Assembly: GCA_951406725.2 (NCBI GenBank)
Contig: OX597815.1
Coordinates: forward strand, 72,602,001 to 72,666,000
Source: Octopus vulgaris
Taxonomy: Eukaryota
Length of the DNA stretch: 64,000 nucleotides
Direction: 5' to 3'
Shown one piece after another: positions 40,391 through 54,858 of the stretch. How positions within the stretch are numbered: position 1 is the first letter of the stretch; each line of letters starts with the position of its first letter. The notes beneath the pieces were generated by a model. It was not told where the DNA came from, ran no database searches, and worked only from the letters and a program-made list of their open reading frames with translations. The translations under genes and the position numbers were made by a program.

Positions 40391-41274
40391 TATATATGTG
40401 CCCCAGCATGGCCACAGCTCATTAGCTGAAACTGGAAAAATCAAATCAAAATCAAAATCATATATATAACATGGTATAATTATAAACAGGGCAAATTTTA
40501 GCCCTGTTTATATACTCAACAAATGCAGCGGTTACTCTTTAAAGGAGTCCCTAATTTGCATACCGAAAGTGTTTAACACTATAAATTCTACACTTTATCT
40601 CATTCAAGAATATAAACATGTTTTTAAGCACAACACATGCGGAGTAAAAAAAAGAAACACTACCGTTCACCCGGCACTGTCGTTCATGCAGTGCTGTCTC
40701 TTTCTAATGTGAAGCTTCCTATCTCGGACATGTGAGCACGCGCACAACAGCCAAAAACCGCGTCGCTGGAACTATACAAGGACTTTTGTATTTTTTCATA
40801 AACTAGCGGATGGCTACTGACATTAAGCTTAAGATTATATAATGTACAAGTATAAAGAAAGAATTAAAGAAAAAATGACTCATTATATTGAATGTTATCG
40901 ATAATATCGAGTGGAAATAGGGGCGTTGCAGTTTCGCAGTGCCTATACAGGATCCGCCACTGATTAGTATTTGTATTGTATGCAGTATGTGTAATGCGAG
41001 TTTTGTTCTTCTGTTGGGTATCCGATCTGTTGAGTAGATGTTGTGGCGGTAGTTTATTTTATTGGATATTTAGAGTATAGAATATGTATTGTGCTTGTGG
41101 ATTGCTTTATTTGGGCTATACTAATGAGTTCCTTGTGTAGGGTATGGTTGTTCCTAGCAGGGTTGTTGTGTAGTGTTGAGGGTCTAGGTAAAGCTTCTAC
41201 GTTTTTATTAATATGTGTTTTTTTTGTTTTATTATACTCAATGCTCCAGTGCTGTTGTTTTCATTTTCATGCCC

Positions 41275-41552
41275 CACATCTTGAATACTTCAATTTTGAA
41301 ATCTTTGTAATTTGACAATTATTCCGCTTCTTTTTGGGTAATATTCTGGTCTGAAGTGATTGCAATGTCTATCAGTTAGGAACTGTTGTTTTCCAAACCT
41401 TAATAATTATGTCTGGACGATTAGCTATGATTTCTTTGTCAGTTTGAACGTGCAAATCCAAATGATTGTAGCTTGTTCGTTGTCATGTACCTTGTTTGGC
41501 ACATGTTTATACCATTACTTGTTAGTCTTTATATTGTAGTGTTGGCATATTG
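41275..41552 (-). pseudogene. R4/Dong-like RLE endonuclease fragment
   Basis: ICQHYNI..WYKHVP, VQTDKEIIANRPDII and IDIAITSDQNI..KE. Confidence 0.75.
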
Positions 41553-41931
41553 CATTTTGCCCGGCGCGCTAACGATTCTACCAGCTCGCCGCCTTCACAT
41601 ACATATATATTAATGTTTGTCTTTATGCTGTAACAACCCCATGAGTTGAAGCTGATTCACGTAAATACATACACCTGATTAACAACTCTACGTAGATGAA
41701 CGAATTCTGAAGAATAACAGGATCCCAAATTTAACCAATAAAAACGTTTCATAACATCTCTTCATCACAATCTACCCTATAACTTAATCATCACTCAAAT
41801 GAGCTCAGCCTACTCTAGAAAAAAATTTTTAACACAGACCATATATATAGTCAAGGTGTACCACAGTCCGATGATGGCTTAGGAGGTTGAAAGTTGAAAG
41901 TCACTTCATGTATCTCATTCTCTCTCTCTCT

Positions 41932-41998
<67 letters not shown>

Positions 41999-42124
41999 TA
42001 AATTAGAGACAAAACCACTATTAGGCAAATCAAACAAAGAAAAACTTAAGCCAATACTTAATATTATTTAATTTATATTATTTAAATATATAACAAAATT
42101 ATTAAAAAAATATAATTAATATCA

Positions 42125-42188
42125 CACTACGATCGTTTCATGCCTGCTAACTTCTTCAAATTTTTGAGTCGCAGTCATTCATCAGGTG
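42125..42188 (-). ncRNA. Minimal type-I hammerhead ribozyme with palindromic GATC loop III
   Basis: Minus strand: cac-CTGATGA-atgactgc...gcaggcat-GAAAC-GATC-GTA-gtg; all core nucleotides are canonical. Confidence 0.75.
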
Positions 42189-42312
42189 GTTTAAATATTT
42201 ATCTTGGCGAGGTTTAAACAATATAATATAATATTTTACTATAAAATTGGATTCAATCCTAAATCTGATTTTTCCTTGTAAGTTTGGATTTATTCCCTAA
42301 TATTCATTATTA

Positions 42313-42416
<104 letters not shown>

Positions 42417-43393
42417 TTATAGAGAGAGATATATGTATACGTATGTACATACATACGTATATATTTTGAAGCATACAATATATAAGCACGTATTCGTTCA
42501 TTCGCTTACGTTAGACTTACTTTATACATGCGTACTTGAACTATAAAAAAAAACAAACAAACAAATAATATTACGAATATTTCAAAAAAGTAAAACTTAG
42601 TGAAAAGAAACGAGGAGAAAGAAATATAGGAAAATTTGGTAAGCAAAGCATTTTCTTTTTGCGCTCATCTCAGAAGCCTCAGATGTGCAGCGGTCCGTAA
42701 ACTTGTGCTATATTCAAAATGGCTCCTTGTCATTGAAGCTTAAACGCATTTTTAATCCTCAACACACACAAAAAAAAAACTAAGCTCTCAAATGTGGAAT
42801 TCCTACTTCGCTAAAAGTCATCGCCACTTCCACCGACATTACCAACACCACCACTGACGCAAACGCCGCTACTGTTGCTGCTGCAATTGTTGTTTTTGTT
42901 ATTGCTGCTGCTGCTGCTGGTACTGTTGCTGTTGTTGTTGTTGCTGCTGCTGCAACTGTTGTTGCTGCTGCTACTGTTGTTGTTGTTGTTGTGACAGATA
43001 TCAAGGAGAAGAGCTGAAGAAACGAAGAAAAACGAAAAGAAGAAAAGAAGTGTGACGCATTTTTGTGTTTACGAAGAGAATCTTATAAAATGTGCATTCA
43101 TCGTCTTCTGATATTTGTGTGATTGAATTTAATGTGGATTGGTGGGCGTGCGAGTTCATTTGTACCTTCTGCTGTTTGTTCCTTTACTCCCTTCAGTAAT
43201 TGATAACTGGTCCATGCTGGAACAGTTATCATCTCTCCTTCTCATTAAGAAAGTGAGCTATCTTGAAGAATCAAGAATTCTCTGTTATTATAGAAATGCT
43301 ACTCTGAATGTCCGGAGACAATAAAACAGTTATGGACACGTATTTCTGTTTTAGTAGGGGGGTCATCAGTCCATCTCCAGACCGAACACCTAG

Positions 43394-43481
<88 letters not shown>

Positions 43482-46400
43482 TGTGTTCTCTCCACTATCA
43501 CAGGCAGCAGCAGATATAGTCACTGGTCTTACCAAACTAAGATCACTGAATGGCAAGCGTGGGGTAAACGACCAAGTCGAAAGCACAAACTCTCAGGCTT
43601 TTGAAGTTGAATACGGTTAAAATTCAGTTGAACATCAGAAAGTTGGCTTGTGTGTGTTAAAAACACCATGAGCATTAAAGAATTGCCATTCTTCGTAGCT
43701 ATGTTACATGATTCTGACGTACACCAATCTTTTATTTTATGAAACTGGCATTTAAAAGGATTCAATGGTTTCGATCATTGGTATTCGGATAAAGATAGCC
43801 TACCTAAAATGCGGTTATCTGATGAATGATGCCGTTGTATAAATTTTGTTTCTTAAAGTAAATCCAGTTTCTTGTGTTCAAGCATTTACTGCTGTGTTGC
43901 GCCTGAAAATAAGTTTATAGCTTTCTGCTCTCGCCAGGAGAAATCCTTAAAAAAAACCATAGCATCTTGGAGTTTGGTAAATCTTGTATATTTTTATACA
44001 GGATACTGAGTAAGAGATAAGGTAAGAAATGAAACTCTAAGTTGCAACTCTTTTTCGGAGAAGAATACACTGCAGTAGATTGAATACCCAATATGAATAA
44101 TTTCATGCTTCCAAACAGGGATTGTCTGCGGCATCCGAAAATGTTTTTAGGAAGATATGGCAAACGAATGCTGTTCAAGTTAATAGTGAGTAGATGAATA
44201 AAACTGCGATGAATTTACGAACTGTAGCCATTGCTTGTATGTGAGGACCTCTCATTAATGATCAAAGAATTTCCCCTTTAAATGAAATTTCCGGTTTATT
44301 CTGTGAGTAGACTAAGAGGACAGAAATCATTTTAAAAGGGAAAAGGGGAAATTATCAAAAACATTGACCGCATTCTTCTTTTAATGAGTTTTGTTGTAAT
44401 ATTTACAATGGTACAAAGACGGAGAGCTGGCAGAATCGTGAGCTCACCGGGCAAAATGCTCAGCGGCATTTCGTCCGTCTTTACGTTCTGAGTTCAAATT
44501 CCACCGAACACTGAGATCGATGTAATCGACTTACCCTCTCCTCCCAACTTGCTGGTTTTGTGCCAAACTTTGAAATCAACATTTCCAATGATATTGCCAT
44601 CTGTAGAGATTCATCACAGGAACTGAACATTTTTTAAAGAACTGTAACTATACACGAAATTCATTTCTGTCAAAAGTTGGGAGGAATGAAAAAAACACCT
44701 TCATAAGGGCGAAATAGAAGAGAATCGCTATGGAAGCGTGAAGTGTGAACTAAGATCTTAGTTTCGCTTTGTGGTCTTGCAAGTCTGTAAAACCACGAGG
44801 TAGAGACCATCTTATACTCTTCTACTCCGGTGACGTGATATAGATCGTAGAACACACATAGAGTCACCGATTTCTCCAAACTTGGGTCACTTCATGGCGA
44901 TCGTGCGTTGATCAACCTGGGCTATATGACACGTAAGCTTTGCTTGAATGAATCTGAATACAGTGCCAAATCAATTGAACTAATGTTGAACATCAATGTA
45001 TAAAATACCATGTGTATCGAAGAAGGATATCATCTTTTGTTAAGTCTTCCTCCTTTTTGTTGCAGTTGTTATTTTATTTATTTTTTCCCCTTCTGCGGGT
45101 CTCTTTTTTTTTCTTTTATTTTTTTTCGTCTCTGATATGACACACTGTCATGTAATTGTGCGGTTTACTTCTCACAGTTTATAATATGGCGCCCTTACAT
45201 TTCTGTTTAATTTCTTCTCTTTATTTGTGTTTATATTGTGTTGTGAATATTTTGTTAGACACTTCTTTATGTTTCCTACTTCTGGTAATGGAGGTTATAT
45301 TCTTTGTCTTCATTTTCGCCTTTATGCTTTTCTCTTTGTTCACAACAGTCATTTTGTTTGTATTTCGTTTTTATTATTTTGTTTTCTTATTTGCTATCCT
45401 TCCTGTGTAATGTACCATTATGTTATGTTATATTTATGTTTCTTCGTTATCAACATTATTCTGAATCCTTGGTTAATTTATCTTAGAAGATAATTGTCAT
45501 AATTTTTCTGTTTCTGATTGTTCATATCTGAAAGTTGTACTATAAGTCGTCGCATTCTGCTTTTTCTCATCTGCGGTGGTTGTCTTCCTATTTATGTACG
45601 TTTTTGTATCGTGTCGTATCGTATTCTGTTTGTCTTTATGTCTGCCCATCTTTTTTTGTTCAATTCTCCAGTTAATTTTTATAGTTTCCTTCTCTGATAT
45701 TCGACTTTGATGTCATTGTGTTGTTAATTTCGTTAGTTATAATCTGTTAGCTTCGTATTTCGGTCGAATTTTTGTCTCCTAATCTTCGCTTTCGTTATGT
45801 GCATTCAATGTTTAGCTTATACACACCTCTGTATGTCTGAAAATATATTCCTATTTACGCATTGTAACTTATAATCTTGTTACTTCATTAAAGGCTTAAG
45901 TACTTGCTGTGCATGCGCACTGATGTCATTTGAATTGGCAGTATTGTTAGAACATCAGGCAAAACCTCCTTACAGTATTTGACTGCATTCTGTACATCTT
46001 CAGTTCAAATCCCACCACGGTCAACTTTGTGTTTCATCCTTTCGGGATGAATTAAATAAGTTGCAGTAACGTCTTGGAGTAGATATAATTAACTGACCTA
46101 CCTCACCAAATTTGTGACCTTTGTAACAGTGTTAGATTCTTTAAAATCAATTCAAATATGTTTGAGACACATTTAACCAGTGAAAAAAAAACATTTTTTA
46201 CTGTGGCTTACCTTTGACAAAAACTCTCGCTTTAGATAAAAAGTATATAAAACCCAAAGTCATCTTAGAACACCTCCTATGAACTAATACATGCATTTCG
46301 AGCTCGTAATGCATTTATCTTATCTGATACCAAGCGGAACAACTCCGAATAACCGGAAGCATTCACTTCCTTTTAAGAATTCAGTAGAAGTAATTTAGTA

Positions 46401-46594
46401 ACCGATATTAACATTACGTTTTAATGATATGTTTCATTTGCTAGTGGGAGTTACAAAATTGTACATATAGGAGAAATATGTAAGATGCCTCCTACTTTAA
46501 CGTCTAATCACAATTTTGGAGTTCTGGAATATGCAGGTGTAATTCTCGATGACACACTTTGGATTATAATCCTATGTATGTGTGTGTGTGTGTT

Positions 46595-46627
<33 letters not shown>

Positions 46628-46637
46628 ACATGTATAT

Positions 46638-46689
<52 letters not shown>

Positions 46690-46738
46690 ATATATATGAG
46701 TAACAAAATGTTACTGGTGTCAATTCATTACGGCCGTT

Positions 46739-46786
<48 letters not shown>

Positions 46787-46792
46787 CGCCCG

Positions 46793-46825
<33 letters not shown>

Positions 46826-46881
46826 TGTACATGTATATATACATACATATATGCATATATACATACATATACACACACAGA

Positions 46882-46949
<68 letters not shown>

Positions 46950-47126
46950 CGTGGGCAAGAAAGCTGAAACATTAAAGTCATGGCCAATCTTTTCCTTATA
47001 AAAGCTTAATATGTTTTCTATAAAAAATATTGAATAGTTTTTCAGTCTAATGTTAAATTGTTTTTGTATATAACAAGAAAGAATTATTGATATATCATTC
47101 ATACCAGCAGTTTTCTGCTAGTATAC

Positions 47127-47352
47127 ATTGGTTTTAAATTTTAGCTCAAGGCCACCAATTTCAGGGGGAAGAGGTAAATTGATTACATTGATTCCAGCGT
47201 TCAACTGGTACTTACTTTATCGATCCCGAATAGTTAAGTCGATCCCGAAAAGCAAAATCGATTCCAGTGGCATTTGAACCCTGAACGTAAAGACGAACGA
47301 AATGCCGCTAGGCATTTTGCCCGGCTTGCTAATGATTCTGCCAGCTCGCCAC
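47127..47352 (-). mobile_element. SINE family A
   Basis: ...cattttgcccggcttgctaatgattctgccagctcgcc. Confidence 0.75.
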
Positions 47353-47809
47353 TTCTACCAGTATATAATGAATAGGAAAATTGTAGTGCGGAAAGAAGTA
47401 GCGCAGAATATATGTTGTATTATTATATAATAATCAATATGTTAAAGGACATCGATATATTAGCTAACAATAAATGCAAAGTCATCGACGTAGATGCAGA
47501 AAATAACCTAAGGTCTTCATCATTCAAAAGACCATGTATATAACCGATTGAAACTTTAAATAAAATGTTTTTAAGCAATTTTGATATGATAAATACAGTT
47601 GCGGCCAAAATGTTCAGAACGGCATTGTTTACGCCAGAAAAGTAGGTATAAGTTTTTATCTAAGTTGTTTTATGTTCTATACTTTTCACAGACCATAAAT
47701 ACGATATTAATTGGTGTAATTTGAGAGGATAATACAAAAGTTATGGATGATTTAGTGATTTAGAAAAAAAGAATAACATCTCGTGAATGTGTAATGGGGG
47801 ATATAGTAT

Positions 47810-48492
47810 GTCCCTTTGTGAAAGAGTGAAAGAGAATGTCCCTTGTTAAAGAGTGAAAGAGAAAGAACAGGTAAAGCTTGGTAAGTACAATGATCTGAGA
47901 TACGAGATAAGCGACTATGGGAATGTAAGAGTGTAAATAAAGGTAATGACACTTTCCATCGGTGCGTTGGGTACCGTAAGCAGAAATTTCGAAAAGTTCG
48001 AGGAACATCTTGGTTGTGACATAAACTTCTTTGTTGTACAGAAAGTTTAAATACGAGCTGGCATCAAAAGGTCTCTGAACTAGTTATTATTTTATTCTTT
48101 TACTTGTTTCAGTCATTTGACTATGGCCATGCTGGAGCACCGCCTTCAGTCGAGCAAATCGACCCCAAGACTTATTCTTTGTAAGCCTAGTACTTATTCT
48201 AGCGGCCTTTTTGACGAACCGCTAAGTTACGGAGACGTAAGCACACCAGCATCGGTTGTCAAGCGCTGTTGTGGGGGCAAACACAGACGCACAAACATAG
48301 ACACACACATATACATATATATATATACATATATACGACGGGATTCTTTCAGTTTCCATCTACCAAATCTACTCACAAGACATTAATCGGCCCGAGGCTA
48401 TAGTAGAAGACACTTGCCCAAGGTGCCACGCAGTGGGACTGAACCCGGAACCATGTGGTTCGTAAGCAAGCTACTTACCACACAGCCACTCC
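47810..48492 (-). repeat. Inverted copy of 54627-55359 (SINE B + mariner right TIR + R4-like LINE segment)
   Basis: The reverse complement matches across both junctions. Confidence 0.9.
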
Positions 48493-49189
48493 TAATTTTC
48501 ATAAATACTCTCAAAGTATCTCGAAAACTAACACTGTAATCACTTATTTTTCATGGAAGCAATTTACTAAATGTGGTTGAGAGAGAGGGAGAGGAGAGAG
48601 GGGAGAGAAAAGGGAGAGATAGAAGGGAAAATTAAAGAGAAAGAGAAAGGAGGAAGAGAGAGCGTTGCAGGGAAAGAAACTGAGAATGAGAGAGGAGAAG
48701 TTATAAGAATACATGGTAAAGAAATAGATAGAAAGAGAGACGAGAGGAAGACATTAATAAACGATAGGGTGAGAGTAACAGTGAGAGGGGAAAAGTTGTA
48801 AAGATAGTGAAAAAGATTAATCGAAAGAGAGGCAGTAAGCAAGGAAATGGAAAAAGAGAGAGAAAGTATCTGGCATTGTAAGACTTTTTAAAAGGTAGTG
48901 AATCAGAAATAATCGTTTAGTTGAAATCTTCACTAATAAAAGTTTTATGAAAAACACATTTTGATAAAAATATATTAAAATTGGAATTTTTAAGAATTTT
49001 CTAAACCGTATAGTCTTTAATGATTGTATGTATTTATGTATGTATGTATGTAGGCATGCATGTATGTATGCATGTATGCAGGTATGTATGTATGCATGTA
49101 TGTATGTATGTGAGTGTATGTATGCACGCAGGTATGTGTGCATGCATATATGTATGAGCATATATTATGTGTGTGTGTGTGTGTGCGTG

Positions 49190-49420
49190 TGTTTGTATTT
49201 GTCCCCAACACCGCTTGACAACCGGTGTTGGTTTGTATGTGTATCCCGTCACTAAGCGGTTCAGCAAAGAAGCCAATAGAGTGAGCATATAAGTATCAGA
49301 CTTCACACGCGCGTGCTAGAGTAATAAGTCCTCGGGTCTATTTATTCGTGTAAAACCCTCCAAGGTAGTGAGTGCCCCTGCATGGCCGCAGACCAATGAT
49401 TGAAACAAGTAAAAGAAGAA
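49190..49420 (+). mobile_element. SINE family B, 3' half
   Basis: ccgcttgacaaccggtgttggtttg...catggccgcag...tgaaacaagtaaaag. Confidence 0.7.
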
Positions 49421-49489
49421 AAATACAAAGAATGATTTATGTATATTATTAGTTGTTCATTCTAGATAATAATATTTACTGCGCATGTC

Positions 49490-49890
49490 AGGCGGCGAGC
49501 TGGCAGAAACGTTAGCACGTCGGGCGAAATGCGTATCCGTATTTCGTCTGCCGCTACGTTCTGAGTTCAAATTCCGCCGAGGTCGACTTTGCCTTTCATC
49601 CTTTCGGGGTCGATTAAATAAGTACCAGTTATGCACTGGGGTCTATGTAATCGACTTAATCCATGTGTCTGTCCTTGTTTGTCTCTTCTGTGTTTAGCCA
49701 TTTGTGGGTAGTAAAGAAATAGGTATTTCGTCTCTCTTTACGTTCTGAGTTGAAATTCCGCCGAGGTCGACTTTGCCTTTCGTCCTTTTGGGGTCGATAA
49801 ATTAAGTACCAGTTGCGTACTGGGGTCGATCTAATTGACTGGCCCCCTCCCGCCCAAAAATTTCAGGCCTAGTGCTTACAGTAGAAAAGA
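49490..49890 (+). mobile_element. Dimeric SINE family A with 18-bp TSD
   Basis: aatatttactgcgcatgt at 49471-49488 and 49890-49907; same internal junction (gaaataggtat) as the dimer at 8626. Confidence 0.9.
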
Positions 49891-50028
49891 ATATTTACTG
49901 CGCATGTGTAGTTTATAATATATTATTATTTCATCGTCGCAATAAATTCTTCTTCGGAGCAAAGTCCTGTTGTTGTTATTGTTAATCTGAGAATGTTTAC
50001 TAATATTATTATTATTATCATTATTATT

Positions 50029-50093
<65 letters not shown>

Positions 50094-50236
50094 TATTATT
50101 ATATTCGTATTACAATCTTGTGTTGCCTGCTTGATTCATCGGTTGCCTTTGTATTCCTGTTTGGTTCATTCAACTTTTTCCTTCTTATTCGAGATCTTCA
50201 TATTTGTCTGTGACTGTTGCTGCTCTGTGTGTGTAT

Positions 50237-50284
<48 letters not shown>

Positions 50285-50391
50285 ATGTGTGTGTATGTGT
50301 GAGTGTGCGTGCGTGCGTGTATGTATTACCTTATTCCACTATAATCTTGTTTCCCTTCATGTGTATTATAGAATAATGTTATTTCGTTTTC

Positions 50392-50428
<37 letters not shown>

Positions 50429-50573
50429 TGTCTTTATCTTCCTTTCTTATAAATTATGACTTCCATAGTTTCTTTGTTATCTCATCGTTGATTGCATTTT
50501 GTTTGTTTCTATTTCATGTTTGGACCTCTTCTCTCCTGTCATAATTCCTATTATTATTATTATTATTATTACA

Positions 50574-50620
<47 letters not shown>

Positions 50621-50640
50621 GATCATTATTATTATTATTA

Positions 50641-50692
<52 letters not shown>

Positions 50693-50911
50693 ATTTGTTT
50701 TTATTATGACTGCTATTATTATTATTGTTGTTGTTGTTGTTGTTGTTGTTGTTTGAGATTATCTTGCACAGTATCATCAGCATCAGCATCAACATCACCA
50801 TTATTCATCTGTGCCTTTCTTTCTGTTTTTCTTCCATTCTCTGACTACGTTCGGTCTCGTCATGCATGTCTTCATTTGTTAGAAATTTTGTTGTCCAAAT
50901 CTTGGTATTAT

Positions 50912-50946
<35 letters not shown>

Positions 50947-51016
50947 TTACTAATTGTTATTATTATTTTTAGTAGTAGTAGTAGTAGTAGTAGTAGCAGC
51001 AGCAGTAGTAGTAGTG

Positions 51017-51065
<49 letters not shown>

Positions 51066-51449
51066 CAGCAGCAGCACAGCAAGAGAATTCTTACAATTTT
51101 GCTATTGTCAATCTTCATTTATCAATATTATTGGTTTTATCATCATCATCATCATCATCATTAGTCGAAATTCATCTGTTGTGATTGTGTGTCGTTGATG
51201 CAGTTTTATTTAAATTTTTATACAGGTTTGTATATATGACGTCATGTGCTATTTTGCTTGTGTTCCGGTGTTTTTAAGCATGTTGCTTTGTTTAGTCTCA
51301 CCGTTTTCTTGATTTTGAATTTTCCCTTTCTTCGTCTTGTGTTTTCTTGTAAGACCATATATTCTGTAATTCCTCTTTCAAAATTTTATTTTTGTCTCTT
51401 CTTATTTAATTGACTTTACAAAACACACTCTTACATGAATATCTCAAGG

Positions 51450-51655
51450 CCTAGGACTTAAATGGCTTGTTCCATGTTGTATCAATGACCGATATCATAT
51501 TATTCCTCCTGAGCTGGACGCCACCTGAGTGGAATGGAGCAAGGTGAAATGAAGTGTTTTGCTCAAGAACACAGTACACCGCCCACTCAGGGAGTGGAAA
51601 CCACGATCTTGAGATCGCATGTACAACACCCTAACCACTAGGCCACGCGTCTTCA
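51450..51655 (-). mobile_element. SINE family C
   Basis: tggagcaaggtgaaatgaagtgttttgctcaagaacac...ccctaaccactaggccacgcgtcttc. Confidence 0.75.
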
Positions 51656-51659
51656 CCTA

Positions 51660-52000
51660 CAAGAGAATAGCTACCACATATTCCATGATCTTCAATGACT
51701 GTATTAACGGAAACTACGAAAACACCCCTCAATGTAACCATTCCAAATCTTGTCTTTTTATTAACACCACAAATTGTAAATTCAAACTCCACACACGTCA
51801 AGAAAAGATCATTGCACTCCACCTCTGCTGAGACATGAGTAACACTCAGCTAGAGTCCTCGCAAACGTTCCCAAGCCTAGGTCCCATCATCGCTGAGAAT
51901 CTTTCCTGGCGAAACACATCCTTAACATAGTTAGGCCTGCATCTCAAAGACAGACTTTTCTCTTCAGGACCAGAAAATATTTCGATGCTAAAATGCTGCT
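51660..52000 (+). pseudogene. Decayed LINE (Jockey/CR1/L2-like) post-RT fragment
   Basis: NLSW-KHILNIVRPASQRQTFLFRTRKYF across a frameshift. Confidence 0.45.
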
Positions 52001-52767
52001 GCTAAGCTAAAACAGTCTGTATGTTACGTCTTTCGTTCAAAGAGCGTCTGATGACATCAAAGATACAGAAGTTATTGCCAATAAGACAAGCGTGAAAGTG
52101 CAGCACATCAGCTACAAATTAGATGTAGCTTGCTGTGAATGTTGCTTCTTGGGTAAAATATTTACCCCTTTAAAATGCTTCGTGGTTATATGTTCCGGGT
52201 CTTTGCATTTTGACTTCAAATCCCATTGACATTAACTTTGCCATTAATTTCGCCTTTCTTCCCTCCGTGGTCGAAAAACGCACGAACATAAACACACACA
52301 CACACACACGCGCACTCCCCCCTCTCTCTCTCCCTCACACACAAACATACGATTACGCTGCGTAGAGAGAGTATCGTTAACAGAGTACCGTATCGTGTTG
52401 GGATACTCAGAATGCTTTCTCCTTGCAAGAAACTGAGTATTGAAAAAGTACCCTCAATGTGATTTATGTCAAAAATGCTATGAGACTTTCTTTCCAGCAT
52501 ACAAGAATGTATACGTTAGAAAATACAATACATCATATTTTAAGAAACGTTAACTCGCAACTGTCTACAAACTGAGAGACATTTGGGTAGACAAACTATT
52601 AACATTTCAAGAAAAACGAAAGACTGAAGCGGTGGGAAGGGTACAGGAATGAAAGAGCAGCGGATTGTTTCTTTCCTAGACAAGAGGTTAAAATGTAGAC
52701 CGTCTTTGAAAGACAATATATAGACCTGTTTAAGGGTATTTTGAGGGGTGCATACACATACACACAT

Positions 52768-52842
<75 letters not shown>

Positions 52843-53063
52843 CACATACACACACACACACGCAGGCACACATTCCATGACATTTAAAACAGACGATACG
52901 ACGATACGGTAACGTGCTTCAGCCATTAGTGGTAGGGGCTCATCAACAAAATGACGTTTGATTTATGAAGTACTTAGAGAACAAAATTGTGCTGCATGAA
53001 CGTGTAGGCAGGCACATGTGTGTGTGTGTTTGTGCGTGCGTGCGTGCACACATGGGCACATGC

Positions 53064-53101
<38 letters not shown>

Positions 53102-53231
53102 ATGCGGGCGTGTGTGCGGGTGTGTGTGTGTGTGCGCGCGTGCGTGCGTGCGGGACCAGATGTTTTGTGTGTATGTGCATGCGCGCATGGGCACATGCTC
53201 GTGTGTGTGTGTGTGTGTGTGCGCGCGCGCG

Positions 53232-53262
<31 letters not shown>

Positions 53263-53386
53263 GCGCGTGTGTTCCTTGAGGAATTTTTTCGTAACACAAT
53301 ACTTTGTCAGTCACCAATAATTTCCGTTGGCTTGATTTAATAAGAACAGAGGCCAATTTCTTAATAGTTAGAGATGTTAGAAGTGT

Positions 53387-53462
<76 letters not shown>

Positions 53463-53819
53463 CTGGGCGAGTAGGGATGCTTTTCTCTTTATGTTCCAGA
53501 TAAAACACGCACGAACACACACAAACACATACACACGTAAATATTTAATCAATGTTCGATTTTTTTGCTACGTTTATTTCAAAATAGCCATTTAATCGAC
53601 AAGAAATAAGCTGTCTGCTCCAGGTAAGATGCCACTTGGTAAAATAATAATAAGAAATTTTAACTCCAGTTCGAAACAGAAAGAGGGAGAGAGAGAATAG
53701 ATAAAAACTGCTATGTACTTCTAAGAGCGAGGGGTTTCGGAGAAGAGAGGAGCACATAATATGGTACCCGCGTCCTTAGGTAGCCAGTATCTTTTTTGAA
53801 GTTCTTGCTGACCCTAATA

Positions 53820-54791
53820 CCAGGTCGTATCAAAAAGTTCCCGGACTAGTTCAGTAGCGCGCCAACAGATGACAGCACCGCAGTGAGAGCTAGCAGAGAC
53901 TTTCGTGAGATAGTGTGCCGAGTGAAATCGCTGTGTTTACTTTGCAAGTTGTGAAATTTGTGTTTTTGAGATCATGTGTATGCTGTAGTTTGCGATTTTG
54001 TCATGGACAGGAACAAAGAGTCAATTTTATGTTAAACTTGGGAAGTCTGTCACAGAGACATTGAGCATACTTCGGTAAGCTTACGATCGTACACAAAGTG
54101 GGAAAACGTCCCTAGAAGACGATCAGCGATCTGGAAGACCTGCCACGAGCGTCACCCCCGGAAATGTGGTATTGTGCATCGAGAATTCGTTCCCCAGGGC
54201 CAGACCGTCAATCGAGAGTTCTACTGCAACGTTTTGGAGCGTTTGAGGGAGGACTTTCGGCAAAAGCGACCGGATCTTTGGAGCGCGAAGAATTAGATTC
54301 TTCACTGAGCTCTCTTCCCTAGTGAGTTTCTTGCCAAAAACAACATGGTATCGCTTCCGCACCCACCTTATTCGCCAGATTTAGTACTTGCAGACCTCCC
54401 TCTCTTCCCCGAGATGAAAATGCTGCTAGAAAGTCGCCGTTTTAACACTGTTGTCGGATCCAGAGCGAATTGCAGAAGGTCCTCGACTCACTTATGGAAA
54501 ACGATTTCCAGGCCTGATTCTAAAAGTTGCAGGAGCGCTAGGACCAGTGCATTACTGCACAAGGTAACTATGTTGAAGGAGATGATGTTAAAACTTAAGT
54601 AAATAACTCGTATTTTTTTTATTAAACGAGTGGCTGTGTGGTAAGTAGCTTGCTTACCAACCACATGGTTCTGGGTTCAGTCCCACTGCATGGCACCTTG
54701 GGCAAGTGTCTTCTACTATAGCCTCGGGCAGACCAAAGCCTTGTGAGTGGATTTGATAGACGGAAACTGAAAGAAGCCCGTCGTATGTAAG

Positions 54792-54858
<67 letters not shown>

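Larger units (their letters stand above)
39137..40962. mobile_element. Non-autonomous hAT-like element containing two SINEs and an internal duplication
   Basis: TIR cagtggcgg/ccgccactg; the 8-bp flanks atcagtgc and attagtat match at 5 of 8 positions. Segment 39567-39648 is repeated at about 40504-40582. Confidence 0.6.

Noticed and set aside
43330-44420. Possible LINE 5'UTR/endonuclease remnant
   Set aside because: Only faint motif hints; too decayed to call by eye.
52048-52075. CTGATGA followed by a small stem
   Set aside because: No GAAA box or NUH triplet in the right position.
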